Below, piece after piece: positions 1 to 9,217 of a stretch of DNA of 32,000 nucleotides. Below the pieces are notes generated by a model. It was not told the DNA's origin. It ran no database searches and was given only the letters and a program-made list of their open reading frames with translations. Made by a program: the position numbers and the translations under genes. Where the stretch lies: contig NZ_JBHSTI010000008.1 in assembly GCF_042660085.1 (NCBI RefSeq), forward strand, positions 1,419,876 through 1,451,875, given 5' to 3'. The stretch is from Longivirga aurantiaca (GTDB lineage: Bacteria > Actinomycetota > Actinomycetes > S36-B12 > CAIYMF01). Within the stretch, counting starts at the first letter, position 1, and each line of letters starts with the position of its first letter.

Positions 1-404
1 AGCGGGCCGTGTTCGACAAGCTCCAGTCGGTCTCCGGCGTCGGCCCCCGCCTCGCCCAGGCGCTCCTGGCCGCGCACACGCCCGACTCCCTGCGGCTCGC
101 GATCGCCACCGAGGACGTGAAGGCGCTCACCCGCGTCTCCGGCGTCGGGCAGAAGGGCGCCCAGCGGCTCGTGCTCGAGCTCAAGGACAAGCTCGGCGCG
201 CCCACGGGCACCACCGTCGACCTCACCCCCGGCGCGCACGGCGGCCCGGCCTGGCAGGGCCCGGTGCACTCCGCCCTCGTCGGCCTCGGCTGGTCGGCCC
301 GTGAGGCGGACGCCGCCGTGGCCGCGGTGGCAGAGGACGTCGCCCCCGACGCCGACGTCGCCACCGTGCTGCGCCTCGCCCTGCGCTCGCTGGACCGCGC
401 ATGA
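1..404 (+). CDS. ruvA: Holliday junction branch migration protein RuvA, C-terminal part (5' end truncated by window)
   Basis: Helix-hairpin-helix-like sequence [31 protein letters not shown]...[21 protein letters not shown]; reading frame open to window start; overlaps the start of ruvB. Confidence 0.95.
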   Translation, partial: RAVFDKLQSVSGVGPRLAQALLAAHTPDSLRLAIATEDVKALTRVSGVGQKGAQRLVLELKDKLGAPTGTTVDLTPGAHGGPAWQGPVHSALVGLGWSAREADAAVAAVAEDVAPDADVATVLRLALRSLDRA

Positions 405-1489
405 CCTACGACGACGGCTCGTACGACGCGTCGCACGACGACCGCCTGCTCGCACCCGAGGCGGGCTCGGAGGAGGCGGCGCTCGAGTCGGCCCTGCGGC
501 CGCGGACGCTCGACACCTTCATCGGCCAGCAGCGGGTCAAGGACCAGCTCGGGCTCGTGCTCGAGGCGGCCACCGCCCGCGGGCGGGCCGCCGACCACGT
601 GCTGCTCGCCGGGCCGCCCGGCCTCGGCAAGACCACGCTCTCGATGATCATCGCCGCCGAGCTGGGGATGCCGCTGCGCGTCACGAGCGGCCCGGCGCTG
701 CAGCACGCCGGCGACCTCGCGGCGGTGCTGTCGAGCCTCGTGCCCGGCGAGGTGCTGTTCCTCGACGAGATCCACCGCATGTCCCGCGCCGCGGAGGAGA
801 TGCTCTACCTCGCGATGGAGGACTTCCGGGTCGACGTCATCGTGGGGAAGGGCCCGGGCGCCACGGCCATCCCGCTCGAACTGCCGCCGTTCACCCTCGT
901 CGGCGCCACCACCCGGGCGGGTCTGCTGCCGGGCCCGCTGCGCGACCGGTTCGGGTTCACCGCGCACATGGACTTCTACGACGCGTCCGACCTCGAGCTC
1001 ATCCTCGCCCGCAGCGCCGCGCTGCTCGACGTGCCGCTGGCCGCTGACGCCGCGGTCGAGATCGCCGGGCGCAGCCGGGGCACGCCCCGTGTGGCCAACC
1101 GCCTGCTGCGACGCGTCCGCGACTTCGCGCAGGTGCGGGCCGACGGCCATGTCGACCTCGAGGTCGCCCACGCGGCGCTCACGCTGTACGAGGTGGACGA
1201 GATCGGCCTCGACCGGCTCGACCGCGCCGTCCTCACCGCGCTGCTCACCAAGTTCGGCGGCGGGCCGGTGGGTCTGTCCACGCTCGCCGTCGCCGTGGGG
1301 GAGGAGTCCGAGACCGTCGAGACGGTGTGCGAGCCCTTCCTCGTGCGCGCCGGGCTGCTGGCCCGCACGCCGCGCGGCCGGATCGCCACCGCCGCCGCGT
1401 GGGGGCACCTCGGGCTGCGCGCACCGGCCGGATCGGCGGCCGCGCTGCTCCCGTTCGACGAGGACGAGGGCACGGCGCCGAGCGCTTAG
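401..1489 (+). CDS. ruvB: Holliday junction DNA helicase RuvB
   Basis: [19 protein letters not shown], Walker [40 protein letters not shown]; follows ruvA with 4-nt overlap. Confidence 0.98.
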   Translation: MTYDDGSYDASHDDRLLAPEAGSEEAALESALRPRTLDTFIGQQRVKDQLGLVLEAATARGRAADHVLLAGPPGLGKTTLSMIIAAELGMPLRVTSGPALQHAGDLAAVLSSLVPGEVLFLDEIHRMSRAAEEMLYLAMEDFRVDVIVGKGPGATAIPLELPPFTLVGATTRAGLLPGPLRDRFGFTAHMDFYDASDLELILARSAALLDVPLAADAAVEIAGRSRGTPRVANRLLRRVRDFAQVRADGHVDLEVAHAALTLYEVDEIGLDRLDRAVLTALLTKFGGGPVGLSTLAVAVGEESETVETVCEPFLVRAGLLARTPRGRIATAAAWGHLGLRAPAGSAAALLPFDEDEGTAPSA

Positions 1490-1542
1490 ACTCACCTGGA
1501 CGCGTCGGGACCCTCCGTCGCTCCGAGTGAAGGATCCCCGTC

Positions 1543-1881
1543 GTGCCGCAGAACATCAGCGCCCTGCTCCCGCTGCTCCTGATCGCCGCGGCGTTCTACT
1601 TCCTCATCCTGCGCCCGACCAGGGCCCGCCAGGCGGCCCAGCGCGAGACGGTGTCCAAGCTGGCCCCGGGCGTCCGGATCATGACGACGGCCGGGCTGTT
1701 CGGCACGGTCGAGGCCCTCGACGGCGACGACGTGCTGCTCGAGATCGCGCCGGGGGTCACCGTGCGCTACGTGGCCGCCGCGGTGGCCAAGGTGCTCGAC
1801 CCGGCCGCACCCGACGCCGTTGCGGGAACCCCGGAGGAGAGCCGCCCGTCGATCATCGAGGGCGACACGGCCGGCTCCTAG
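1543..1881 (+). CDS. yajC: Preprotein translocase subunit YajC
   Basis: Single N-terminal TM (ALLPLLLIAAAFYFLILRPTRARQ) and VSKLAPGVRIMTTAGLFGTV; located between ruvB and secD. Confidence 0.93.
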   Translation: MPQNISALLPLLLIAAAFYFLILRPTRARQAAQRETVSKLAPGVRIMTTAGLFGTVEALDGDDVLLEIAPGVTVRYVAAAVAKVLDPAAPDAVAGTPEESRPSIIEGDTAGS

Positions 1882-2079
1882 CCACCCGCGGTCCGGAGAA
1901 GCCCTCCGGGTCGTCCATACTTCTCGGGCACGGGACCCTCGCGGGGCCTGTGCCCGCGCGGGTCCTCGTGGCCCGCACGGTCCACAGCGGCTCCGGCCGC
2001 GGCAACGGGTCCCGTTCAGCGGGCACGACGGTCCACCACCTGGGGGAGTCCCCGGGCTGGACGCACAGGAGACACCACG

Positions 2080-3837
2080 GTGGCAGCACCGACCCAGGCG
2101 AGCGCGCGGCCCGGCCGCACCCTCGTGATCCTCGGCCTCGTGATCCTCGGCCTCGTCGTGTGGACGCTCTGGCCCGGCCAGAGCCACACGCCGAAGCTCG
2201 GGCTCGACCTGCGCGGCGGCACCCAGGTGATCCTCACCCCGACCTCCGCCGACGGTGGTGGCGCGATCACCGACGACCAGCTCAAGCAGACGGTGGAGAT
2301 CATCCGCCAGCGCGTCGACGGCTTCGGCGTCGCCGAGTCGGAGGTGACCACCCAGGGGTCCGGCTCCAACGCGACCATCGTCGTCTCCATCCCGGGCGTC
2401 ACCAACCAGGCGGTGCTCGACTCGCTCGCCACCACCGCCAAGCTCGACTTCCGGCCGGTGCTGGCCATCGACTTCGGCTCGCCGCAGGTCGCGCCGAGTG
2501 GGAGCCCGTCGCCGTCGCCGTCCTCCTCGGCCTCCGGCAGCAGCAGCGCCTCCCCGAGCGCCAGCGCCTCGGCCAGCCCCAGCGCCTCGCCCTCGGCGTC
2601 GGCCAACGGCGCCCCGCTGCCGCAGACGGCGGCCTCCGGCAGCGCCACGCCGACCGCCTCGGCCTCGCCGAGCCCGAGCGCGTCGGGCACCGCCGCGGCC
2701 GGGGACCTCCCGCCGATCCAGTCGGCCACGAACGACGCCGCCTTCCAGGCGAAGTACGTCGCGCTCGACTGCCTCGCGCCCGGCGCCACCCAGGGCGGCC
2801 CGGCCGACCCCAAGAAGTTCATCGCGACGTGCCAGGACGACGGCTCGCTCAAGTACCTGCTCGACCCGGCAGCGGTCGAGGGCACCGAGATCGCCAGCGC
2901 CCAGGCCACCATCGCCCAGCAGGGCGTCGGCTGGGAGGTTCAGCTCACCTTCACCCCGGACGGGGCCACCCAGTTCGCCGAGGTGACCGGCCAGCTCGCC
3001 CAGAACCCGTCGCCGCAGAACCAGTTCGCGATCACGCTCGACGGCCTCGTGCAGTCCGCGCCGTACGTCTCGCAGGCGATCCTCGGCGGCAACGCGGTCA
3101 TCACCGGCAGCTTCACCGCGGAGGAGGCCAAGGCCCTCGCCAACGTGCTGAAGTACGGCTCGCTGCCCGTCGCCCTGAAGGTGTCGTCGGTCGAGCAGCT
3201 CTCGCCCACCCTCGGTCAGGACCAGCTCGACGCCGGCCTCATCGCCGGTGCGCTCGGCCTGCTGCTCGTGGTGGTCTACCTCTGCCTCTACTACCGGGCC
3301 CTCGGCCTGGTGGCGGTGGCGTCGCTTCTCGTGGCTGCGGTCATCACCTACACGCTGATCGTGATCCTCGGCCGGCAGATCGGTTTCACGCTGTCGCTCG
3401 CGGGTGTCGCGGGTGTCATCGTGGCGATCGGAATCACGGCCGACTCGTTCGTCGTGTATTTCGAGCGCATCCGCGACGAGATCCGCGAGGGTCGCACGCA
3501 CCGCCAGGCCGGCGATCTCGGCTGGATCCGCGCACGGCGCACGATCCTTGCGGCCGACTTCGTGTCGCTGCTCGCCGCCGTCGTCCTGTACTTCCTGTCC
3601 GTCGGCAGCGTCCGCGGCTTCGCGTTCACCCTCGGTCTGACGACCCTGGTCGACGTCGCGGTCGCCTTCCTGTTCACCCGGCCGCTCGTGCAGATCCTGA
3701 TGCGCAACAAGGCGTTCACCTCCGGCAAGCCGTGGACCGGCCTGTCACCCGACCGGCTGGGCGTGAAGCAGACCATCTCCGACGACGCCCCCCGCCAGAC
3801 CCTGGCCGCGAGCCGCGCCGCCTCCAAGGAGTCCTGA
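2080..3837 (+). CDS. secD: Protein translocase subunit SecD
   Basis: LGLDLRGGTQVILTP, VEIIRQRVDGFGVAESEVTTQG, C-terminal TM domain with DSFVVYFERIRDEIREG; Ser/Pro/Ala-rich insertion in the extracytoplasmic part. Confidence 0.97.
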   Translation: MAAPTQASARPGRTLVILGLVILGLVVWTLWPGQSHTPKLGLDLRGGTQVILTPTSADGGGAITDDQLKQTVEIIRQRVDGFGVAESEVTTQGSGSNATIVVSIPGVTNQAVLDSLATTAKLDFRPVLAIDFGSPQVAPSGSPSPSPSSSASGSSSASPSASASASPSASPSASANGAPLPQTAASGSATPTASASPSPSASGTAAAGDLPPIQSATNDAAFQAKYVALDCLAPGATQGGPADPKKFIATCQDDGSLKYLLDPAAVEGTEIASAQATIAQQGVGWEVQLTFTPDGATQFAEVTGQLAQNPSPQNQFAITLDGLVQSAPYVSQAILGGNAVITGSFTAEEAKALANVLKYGSLPVALKVSSVEQLSPTLGQDQLDAGLIAGALGLLLVVVYLCLYYRALGLVAVASLLVAAVITYTLIVILGRQIGFTLSLAGVAGVIVAIGITADSFVVYFERIRDEIREGRTHRQAGDLGWIRARRTILAADFVSLLAAVVLYFLSVGSVRGFAFTLGLTTLVDVAVAFLFTRPLVQILMRNKAFTSGKPWTGLSPDRLGVKQTISDDAPRQTLAASRAASKES

Positions 3838-4991
3838 TGCCCACCCGACTCGGTTCTCTGGCGCACCGCCTCTACAGCGGCGAGGTCTCGTACGACTTCG
3901 TCGGCAAGCGTCGCCGCTGGTACGCCCTCTCCGGCGTGATCCTGGTGCTCGCGCTCGTCGGCCTGTTCGGCCGGGGCCTCAACCTCGGCATCGAGTTCCG
4001 GGGCGGCTCGGAGTTCCGGGTGCCCGGCACGACCGCCACCGTCGAGGACGCTCGCGCGTCCGCGGAGGCCGCAGGCATCCAGGACCCGATCGTCACCGAG
4101 GTCGGCCAGGGGGTGCTGCGCATCCAGACGCCGGCGCTCACGCCGACCGAGTCTGCCGCGGTCACCCAGCAGCTGTCGGACGACCTCGGCGCACCGGTCG
4201 CCGACATCGGCGTCCAGCTCGTCGGGCCGTCGTGGGGCGCGGAGATCACCCAGCGCGCAGTGCAGGGCCTTGTCGCCTTCCTCGTGCTCGTCGTGATCTT
4301 CCTGTCGTTCTACTTCGAGTGGCGGCTCGCGGTCGCGGCGCTCGTCGCGCTGCTGCACGACCTCGTCATCACGATCGGCATCTACGCCCTCACCGGCTTC
4401 GAGGTGACCCCAGCGACGGTGATCGGTGTCCTCACGATCCTCGGCTTCTCCCTATACGACACGGTCGTCGTGTTCGACAAGGTCAGGGAGAACACCCGCA
4501 ACATCACGTCCGGCAACCGCGCGACGTACAGCGAGGCCGCGAACCTCGCCCTCAACCAGACCCTGGTGCGCTCGATCAACACCTCGATCGTGGCCCTGCT
4601 GCCCGTCGCGGCGATCCTCGTGATCGGCGTCGGCCTGCTCGGCGCCGGCACGTTGAAGGACCTCGCGCTCGCGCTCTTCATCGGCACGGCTGCGGGCACC
4701 TACTCGTCGATCTTCATCGCGACGCCGGTGGCCTGCCAGCTGCAGGAGCGCCGACCCGAGATGAAGGCGCTCGCCGCCCGGGTCGAGGCACGGCGCGCCG
4801 GGCTCGACTCGCGTGCACGTCGTCGCCCTGCCGGCAGTGGCACGGCGACCGCCGTGGTCGAGGAGACCGAGGCGGAGGCCGACGGGCAGACCGTGGCCGA
4901 GCAGCTCGCGTCACCGCAGACCGTGGCACCCGCCGGGCCGCGCCAGCAGCCCAAGCGCAACGTCCCGCGGCAGCAGCGCAAGAAGCGCTGA
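3837..4991 (+). CDS. secF: Protein translocase subunit SecF
   Basis: In-frame part of ORF 1089..4991 (not the track's long ORF); ATG at 3837 overlaps secD stop; LGIEFRGGSEF, GFSLYDTVVVFDKVRENTR. Confidence 0.95.
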   Translation: MPTRLGSLAHRLYSGEVSYDFVGKRRRWYALSGVILVLALVGLFGRGLNLGIEFRGGSEFRVPGTTATVEDARASAEAAGIQDPIVTEVGQGVLRIQTPALTPTESAAVTQQLSDDLGAPVADIGVQLVGPSWGAEITQRAVQGLVAFLVLVVIFLSFYFEWRLAVAALVALLHDLVITIGIYALTGFEVTPATVIGVLTILGFSLYDTVVVFDKVRENTRNITSGNRATYSEAANLALNQTLVRSINTSIVALLPVAAILVIGVGLLGAGTLKDLALALFIGTAAGTYSSIFIATPVACQLQERRPEMKALAARVEARRAGLDSRARRRPAGSGTATAVVEETEAEADGQTVAEQLASPQTVAPAGPRQQPKRNVPRQQRKKR

Positions 4992-5524
4992 TGGCCGAGC
5001 TCGAGGCCCTGCTCGACACCCGCATTCGATCGATCCCCGACTGGCCGGTGCCGGGCGTCGTCTTCCGCGACATCACGCCGCTGCTGGCCGACCCGGCCGG
5101 CATCCCCGCGGTGGTCGAGGGGATCGCGACTGCGCTGACGGCAGCCGGGGTCCACGGCGCGGACCTCGTCGCGGGCGTCGAGGCCCGCGGGTTCATCCTC
5201 GGGGCGCCGCTGGCGGTCGGGCTCGGCGTCGGGTTCGTGCCGGTGCGCAAGGAGGGCAAGCTGCCCGGCGACGTGCACGCCGAGAGCTACGACCTCGAGT
5301 ACGGCCAGGCCACGCTCGAGGTGCAGGTGGGCGCCGTGGCGTCCGGCCACCGCGTGGTGCTCGTCGACGACGTCCTCGCCACCGGTGGCACAGCTGCTGC
5401 CGCGGTCAACCTGCTGCGCGCGGCCGGGGCCGAGGTGCTCGCGCTCGTGTGCCTGCTCGAGCTGCCCGCCCTGGGCGGTCGTGAGCGGCTCGACGTGCCG
5501 GTCATCGCGCTCCGCGCTGTCTGA
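4991..5524 (+). CDS. apt: Adenine phosphoribosyltransferase
   Basis: In-frame part of ORF 4232..5524 starting MAELEALLDTRIRSIPDWPVPGVVFRDITPLL; PRPP motif VVLVDDVLATGGTAAAA; ATG overlaps secF stop. Confidence 0.95.
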   Translation: MAELEALLDTRIRSIPDWPVPGVVFRDITPLLADPAGIPAVVEGIATALTAAGVHGADLVAGVEARGFILGAPLAVGLGVGFVPVRKEGKLPGDVHAESYDLEYGQATLEVQVGAVASGHRVVLVDDVLATGGTAAAAVNLLRAAGAEVLALVCLLELPALGGRERLDVPVIALRAV

Positions 5525-5631
5525 ACCATCACGCCCCGACCCGCCACATCCTGCAGGGATCCGCACGTGCCCTCCAGGTACGCTCGTCGCGACCGGCGGA
5601 GGCATCTTCGTCGTACGACGGAGGACCGCCA

Positions 5632-6237
5632 GTGGCTGTGAGCGACCCCCTGCCGGGGCCCGTGTTCGAGGTGCGGCACCGCTGGACGTACGTCGAGATG
5701 CTGCTGTCGAGCATCGCCTCGCTGGCCGCCGCGCTCGTGCTGTCGGTCGAGGCCTGGCTGCTGGCCAAGGACCCCGATGCGATCTTCTCGTGCGACGTCA
5801 ACAGCAAGATCTCCTGCGGCACGGTGGCCGAGTCGTGGCAGGCGACCCTGCTCGGATTCCCCAACGCCTACCTCGGCCTGATCTTCGAGTCGGTCGTCAT
5901 CACGATCGCGCTCGCGTCCCTGTCGGGCGTGCGCTTCCCGCGCCGGTTCATGCTGGGGGCGCACGCGCTGTACACGATCGCCATCGCCTTCGCCTACTGG
6001 CTGTTCCTGCAGGCCTACTTCGTGATCGGGTCGCTCTGCCCGTGGTGCCTGCTCGTGACGGTGGCGACCACGCTCGTCTTCACCTCGATCACCCGCGTGA
6101 ACATCCTCGACCGCACCATCACCTTCGGGCGGCACCAGGAGACGGTGGAGCGCTGGGTGCGGCTCGGCGCCGACACCGCCGTGGCGCTGCTGCTCATCGC
6201 TGTGATCGGGGCGATGGTGGCGTTCCGCTACCTGTGA
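5632..6237 (+). CDS. Vitamin K epoxide reductase (VKOR) family membrane protein
   Basis: Multi-TM protein with paired cysteines FSCDVNSKISC and redox CPWC motif (GSLCPWCLLVTVATT); SD-like ggagg upstream of GTG. Confidence 0.85.
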   Translation: MAVSDPLPGPVFEVRHRWTYVEMLLSSIASLAAALVLSVEAWLLAKDPDAIFSCDVNSKISCGTVAESWQATLLGFPNAYLGLIFESVVITIALASLSGVRFPRRFMLGAHALYTIAIAFAYWLFLQAYFVIGSLCPWCLLVTVATTLVFTSITRVNILDRTITFGRHQETVERWVRLGADTAVALLLIAVIGAMVAFRYL

Positions 6238-6320
6238 GGCGTGCCGGCACCCGACCCGCGCTCGCAGCGCTCCGCCCGTAGACTGACGCGACCAGCGGTC
6301 GCAGCGTGCGAGGAGGTCGG

Positions 6321-8639
6321 GTGGCCGAGGACGTCGTAGCGAAGCCGGGCGCCGCGGCGCCCGCTGCGACTACGGCTGCCCAGCCGCAACCGGTCAGCCC
6401 TGCGTACGAGGCCACCAGCCGGCGCTCGCTGCTCCCGCGGATCTCGGCCCGTCGCGGCGGCAACCGGTCGAGCGCGCACCCCGAGCTCGAGCCCCTGCTG
6501 CGCACCGTCAGGCAGTTCCACCCCAAGGCCGACCTCAAGGTGCTCGAGCTCGCGTACGAGCGGGCGGCGTACCTCCACCGCGACCAGCACCGGCGCAGCG
6601 GCGACCCGTACATCACGCACCCGCTGGCCGTGGCGACGATCCTCGCCGAGCTCGGCATGACCCCGCCGACCCTCGCCGCCGCGCTGCTGCACGACACGGT
6701 GGAGGACACCGAGTACTCCCTCGACGCGCTGCGCGAGGACTTCGGCGACGAGGTGGCGGCGCTGGTCGACGGCGTCACCAAGCTCGACAAGGTGAAGTAC
6801 GGCCAGGCCACCGCGGCCGAGACGGTCCGCAAGATGGTCGTGGCGATGGCGCGCGACATCCGCGTGCTCGTCATCAAGCTCGCCGACCGCCTGCACAACA
6901 TGCGCACGCTCCGCTGGATGCCGCCGGCCAAGCAGGAGCAGAAGGCGCGCGAGACGCTCGAGATCTACGCGCCCCTCGCCCATCGCCTGGGCATGAACAC
7001 CATGAAGTGGGAGCTGGAGGACCTCGCGTTCGCCACGCTGTACCCGAAGATGTACGACGAGATCGTGCGCCTCGTCGGGCAGCGCGCGCCGGAGCGCGAC
7101 AGCTACCTGACCGCGGTCAAGGAGGCGGTCGAGAAGGACCTCGACGACGCGAAGATCAAGCACACGGTGACGGGCCGGCCCAAGCACTACTACTCCGTCT
7201 ACCAGAAGATGATCGTGCGGGGCCGCGATTTCGCGGACATCTACGACCTCGTCGGCATCCGCATCCTGGTCGAGTCGGTGCGCGACTGCTACGCGGTCCT
7301 CGGCGTCATCCACTCGCGGTGGAACCCGGTCCCCGGCCGGTTCAAGGACTTCATCGCGATGCCCAAGTTCAACATGTACCAGTCGCTGCACACGACCGTC
7401 ATCGGGCCGACCGGCCGCCCGGTCGAGCTGCAGATCCGCACCATGGACATGCACCGGGCCGCGGAGTACGGCGTCGCCGCGCACTGGCGCTACAAGCAGG
7501 GGAGCGTCGGCGGCAAGCAGGGCCCGGACGACATGGGCTGGCTGCGCCAGCTGCTCGAGTGGCAGCGCGAGACCGAGGACCCGGACGACTTCCTCGACTC
7601 CCTGCGCTACGACCTCGCCTCCAACGAGGTGTTCGTCTTCACGCCGAAGGGCGACGTCGTGGCGCTGCCGGGCGGTTCGACGCCGGTCGACTTCGCGTAC
7701 GCCGTCCACACCGAGGTCGGGCACCGCTGCGTCGGCGCGCGCGTCAACGGGAAGCTCGTGCCGCTCGAGTCGTCGCTCACCTCGGGCGACGCAGTCGAGG
7801 TGTTCACCTCGAAGGCGGAGAACGCAGGCCCGAACCGCGACTGGCTGCAGTTCGTCAAGAGCCCGCGCGCCCGTTCGAAGATCAAGGCCTGGTTCTCCAA
7901 GGAGCGCCGCGAGGAGGCGGTCGAGTCCGGCAAGGAGTCGATCACGCGTGCGATGCGCAAGGCCGGCCTCCCGCTGCACCGGCTGCTGTCACCCGGCGCG
8001 CTGCAGGGCCTGCTCGCCGACCTGCACATGTCCGACGTCACCGCGCTCTACGCCGCGGTCGGCGAGGGCCGCGTGTCGGCGACGGCGGTCGTGCAGAAGC
8101 TCATGCAGGCGCACGGCGGCACCGACGGCGCCACCGAGGACCTCGCCGAGGTCGTCACGCCGGGCAAGATCGCGACGGGCAAGGCGCGCCCGCAGGGCGA
8201 CCCCGGCATCGTGGTCGACGGCGACGACGACGTGTGGGTCAAGCTCGCCCGCTGCTGCACGCCGGTGCCGGGCGACGAGGTGCTCGGCTTCGTCACGCGC
8301 GGGCACGGCGTCTCGGTGCACCGCACGGACTGCGTCAACATCTCCTCGCTGCGCCAGGAGCCCGACCGCATCGTGCCCGTCACGTGGTCGCCGAAGGCCA
8401 CGAGCGTGTTCCTCGTCAACATCCAGGTCGAGGCGCTCGACCGCTCGCGCCTGCTGTCCGACGTCACCCGCGCGCTGTCCGACCAGCACGTGAACATCCT
8501 GTCGGCGTCGGTGAGCACCACCCGCGACCGCATCGCGCTCTCGCGCTTCACCTTCGAGATGGCCGACGCCACGCATCTCGGCTCGGTGCTGAAGACCGTG
8601 CGCGGCGTCGAAGGCGTCTACGACGTCTACCGCGTGTGA
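6321..8639 (+). CDS. rel: RelA/SpoT homolog (Rsh), bifunctional (p)ppGpp synthetase/hydrolase
   Basis: HD domain ([13 protein letters not shown]...[12 protein letters not shown]), synthetase domain ([22 protein letters not shown]), TGS and ACT domains. GTG at 6321 preferred over 6306 because GAGGAGG lies just upstream. Confidence 0.95.
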   Translation: MAEDVVAKPGAAAPAATTAAQPQPVSPAYEATSRRSLLPRISARRGGNRSSAHPELEPLLRTVRQFHPKADLKVLELAYERAAYLHRDQHRRSGDPYITHPLAVATILAELGMTPPTLAAALLHDTVEDTEYSLDALREDFGDEVAALVDGVTKLDKVKYGQATAAETVRKMVVAMARDIRVLVIKLADRLHNMRTLRWMPPAKQEQKARETLEIYAPLAHRLGMNTMKWELEDLAFATLYPKMYDEIVRLVGQRAPERDSYLTAVKEAVEKDLDDAKIKHTVTGRPKHYYSVYQKMIVRGRDFADIYDLVGIRILVESVRDCYAVLGVIHSRWNPVPGRFKDFIAMPKFNMYQSLHTTVIGPTGRPVELQIRTMDMHRAAEYGVAAHWRYKQGSVGGKQGPDDMGWLRQLLEWQRETEDPDDFLDSLRYDLASNEVFVFTPKGDVVALPGGSTPVDFAYAVHTEVGHRCVGARVNGKLVPLESSLTSGDAVEVFTSKAENAGPNRDWLQFVKSPRARSKIKAWFSKERREEAVESGKESITRAMRKAGLPLHRLLSPGALQGLLADLHMSDVTALYAAVGEGRVSATAVVQKLMQAHGGTDGATEDLAEVVTPGKIATGKARPQGDPGIVVDGDDDVWVKLARCCTPVPGDEVLGFVTRGHGVSVHRTDCVNISSLRQEPDRIVPVTWSPKATSVFLVNIQVEALDRSRLLSDVTRALSDQHVNILSASVSTTRDRIALSRFTFEMADATHLGSVLKTVRGVEGVYDVYRV

Positions 8640-9154
8640 CCGGGTACGGCACCCCGAGCCTCGGCACCGCGCGGCTCGCCCTCTCGCCGTACACCGAGGA
8701 CGACCGCGCCGCGTTCGTCGCGCTCCTGGGGCAGGACTCGGTCACGTGCTACATGGGCGACGGCGAGCCCATGACCGAGGTCGCGTCCGTCTCGATGTTC
8801 ACCAAGGTGCTCGACGAGATCTACCCCGCCGGGTCCTGGCCGATCTGGTGCGTCCGTGAGGGCGGCCGGCTGGTGGGCCACGCCGAGGTGAAGCCCAGCC
8901 CGGGGGAGCGCATCGACGGCTGGGAGGTCGTCTACGCCCTCGACCCGTCCGTGTGGGGACGCGGGCTCGGCACCGAGCTCGTCGTCGCGCTCACGGCGTA
9001 CGCGCACGACGCCCTCGGGCTCGTCGAGGTGCACGCCACCGTGGATCCGGCCAACACGGCGTCGCTCGACGTGCTGGTGCGCGTCGGGTACATAGGCCTG
9101 CCGGACATCGACGAGGACGGCGAGCTCACCCGCCACCTCGTCCATCGCTCCTAG
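8636..9154 (+). CDS. GNAT family N-acetyltransferase
   Basis: In-frame part of ORF 7007..9154; GTG overlaps rel stop; [72 protein letters not shown]. Confidence 0.85.
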   Translation: MTGYGTPSLGTARLALSPYTEDDRAAFVALLGQDSVTCYMGDGEPMTEVASVSMFTKVLDEIYPAGSWPIWCVREGGRLVGHAEVKPSPGERIDGWEVVYALDPSVWGRGLGTELVVALTAYAHDALGLVEVHATVDPANTASLDVLVRVGYIGLPDIDEDGELTRHLVHRS

Positions 9155-9167
9155 CCCTCACCCACGC

Positions 9168-9200
9168 AAGTGCCACAGAACCCGGGGTTCTGTGGCACTT
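9168..9200. terminator. Bidirectional intrinsic (I-shaped, U-tract-less) terminator or palindromic repeat
   Basis: AAGTGCCACAGAACCC-G-GGGTTCTGTGGCACTT: two exactly complementary 16-nt arms around one G, between convergent CDSs ending at 9154 (+) and 9218 (-). Confidence 0.8.
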
Positions 9201-9217
9201 CGGTGCGTACGGCGGGA

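Noticed and set aside
1492-3501. 669-aa antisense ORF opposite yajC and secD
   Set aside because: Low-complexity Arg/Glu/Gly-rich shadow of secD coding sequence.
1089-3836. Upstream part of the 1300-aa ORF 1089..4991
   Set aside because: Only the segment from ATG 3837 (secF) is supported; the upstream part is an out-of-frame translation of ruvB/yajC/secD.
6228-7979. 583-aa antisense ORF opposite rel
   Set aside because: Shadow ORF opposite a fully conserved RelA/SpoT homolog.
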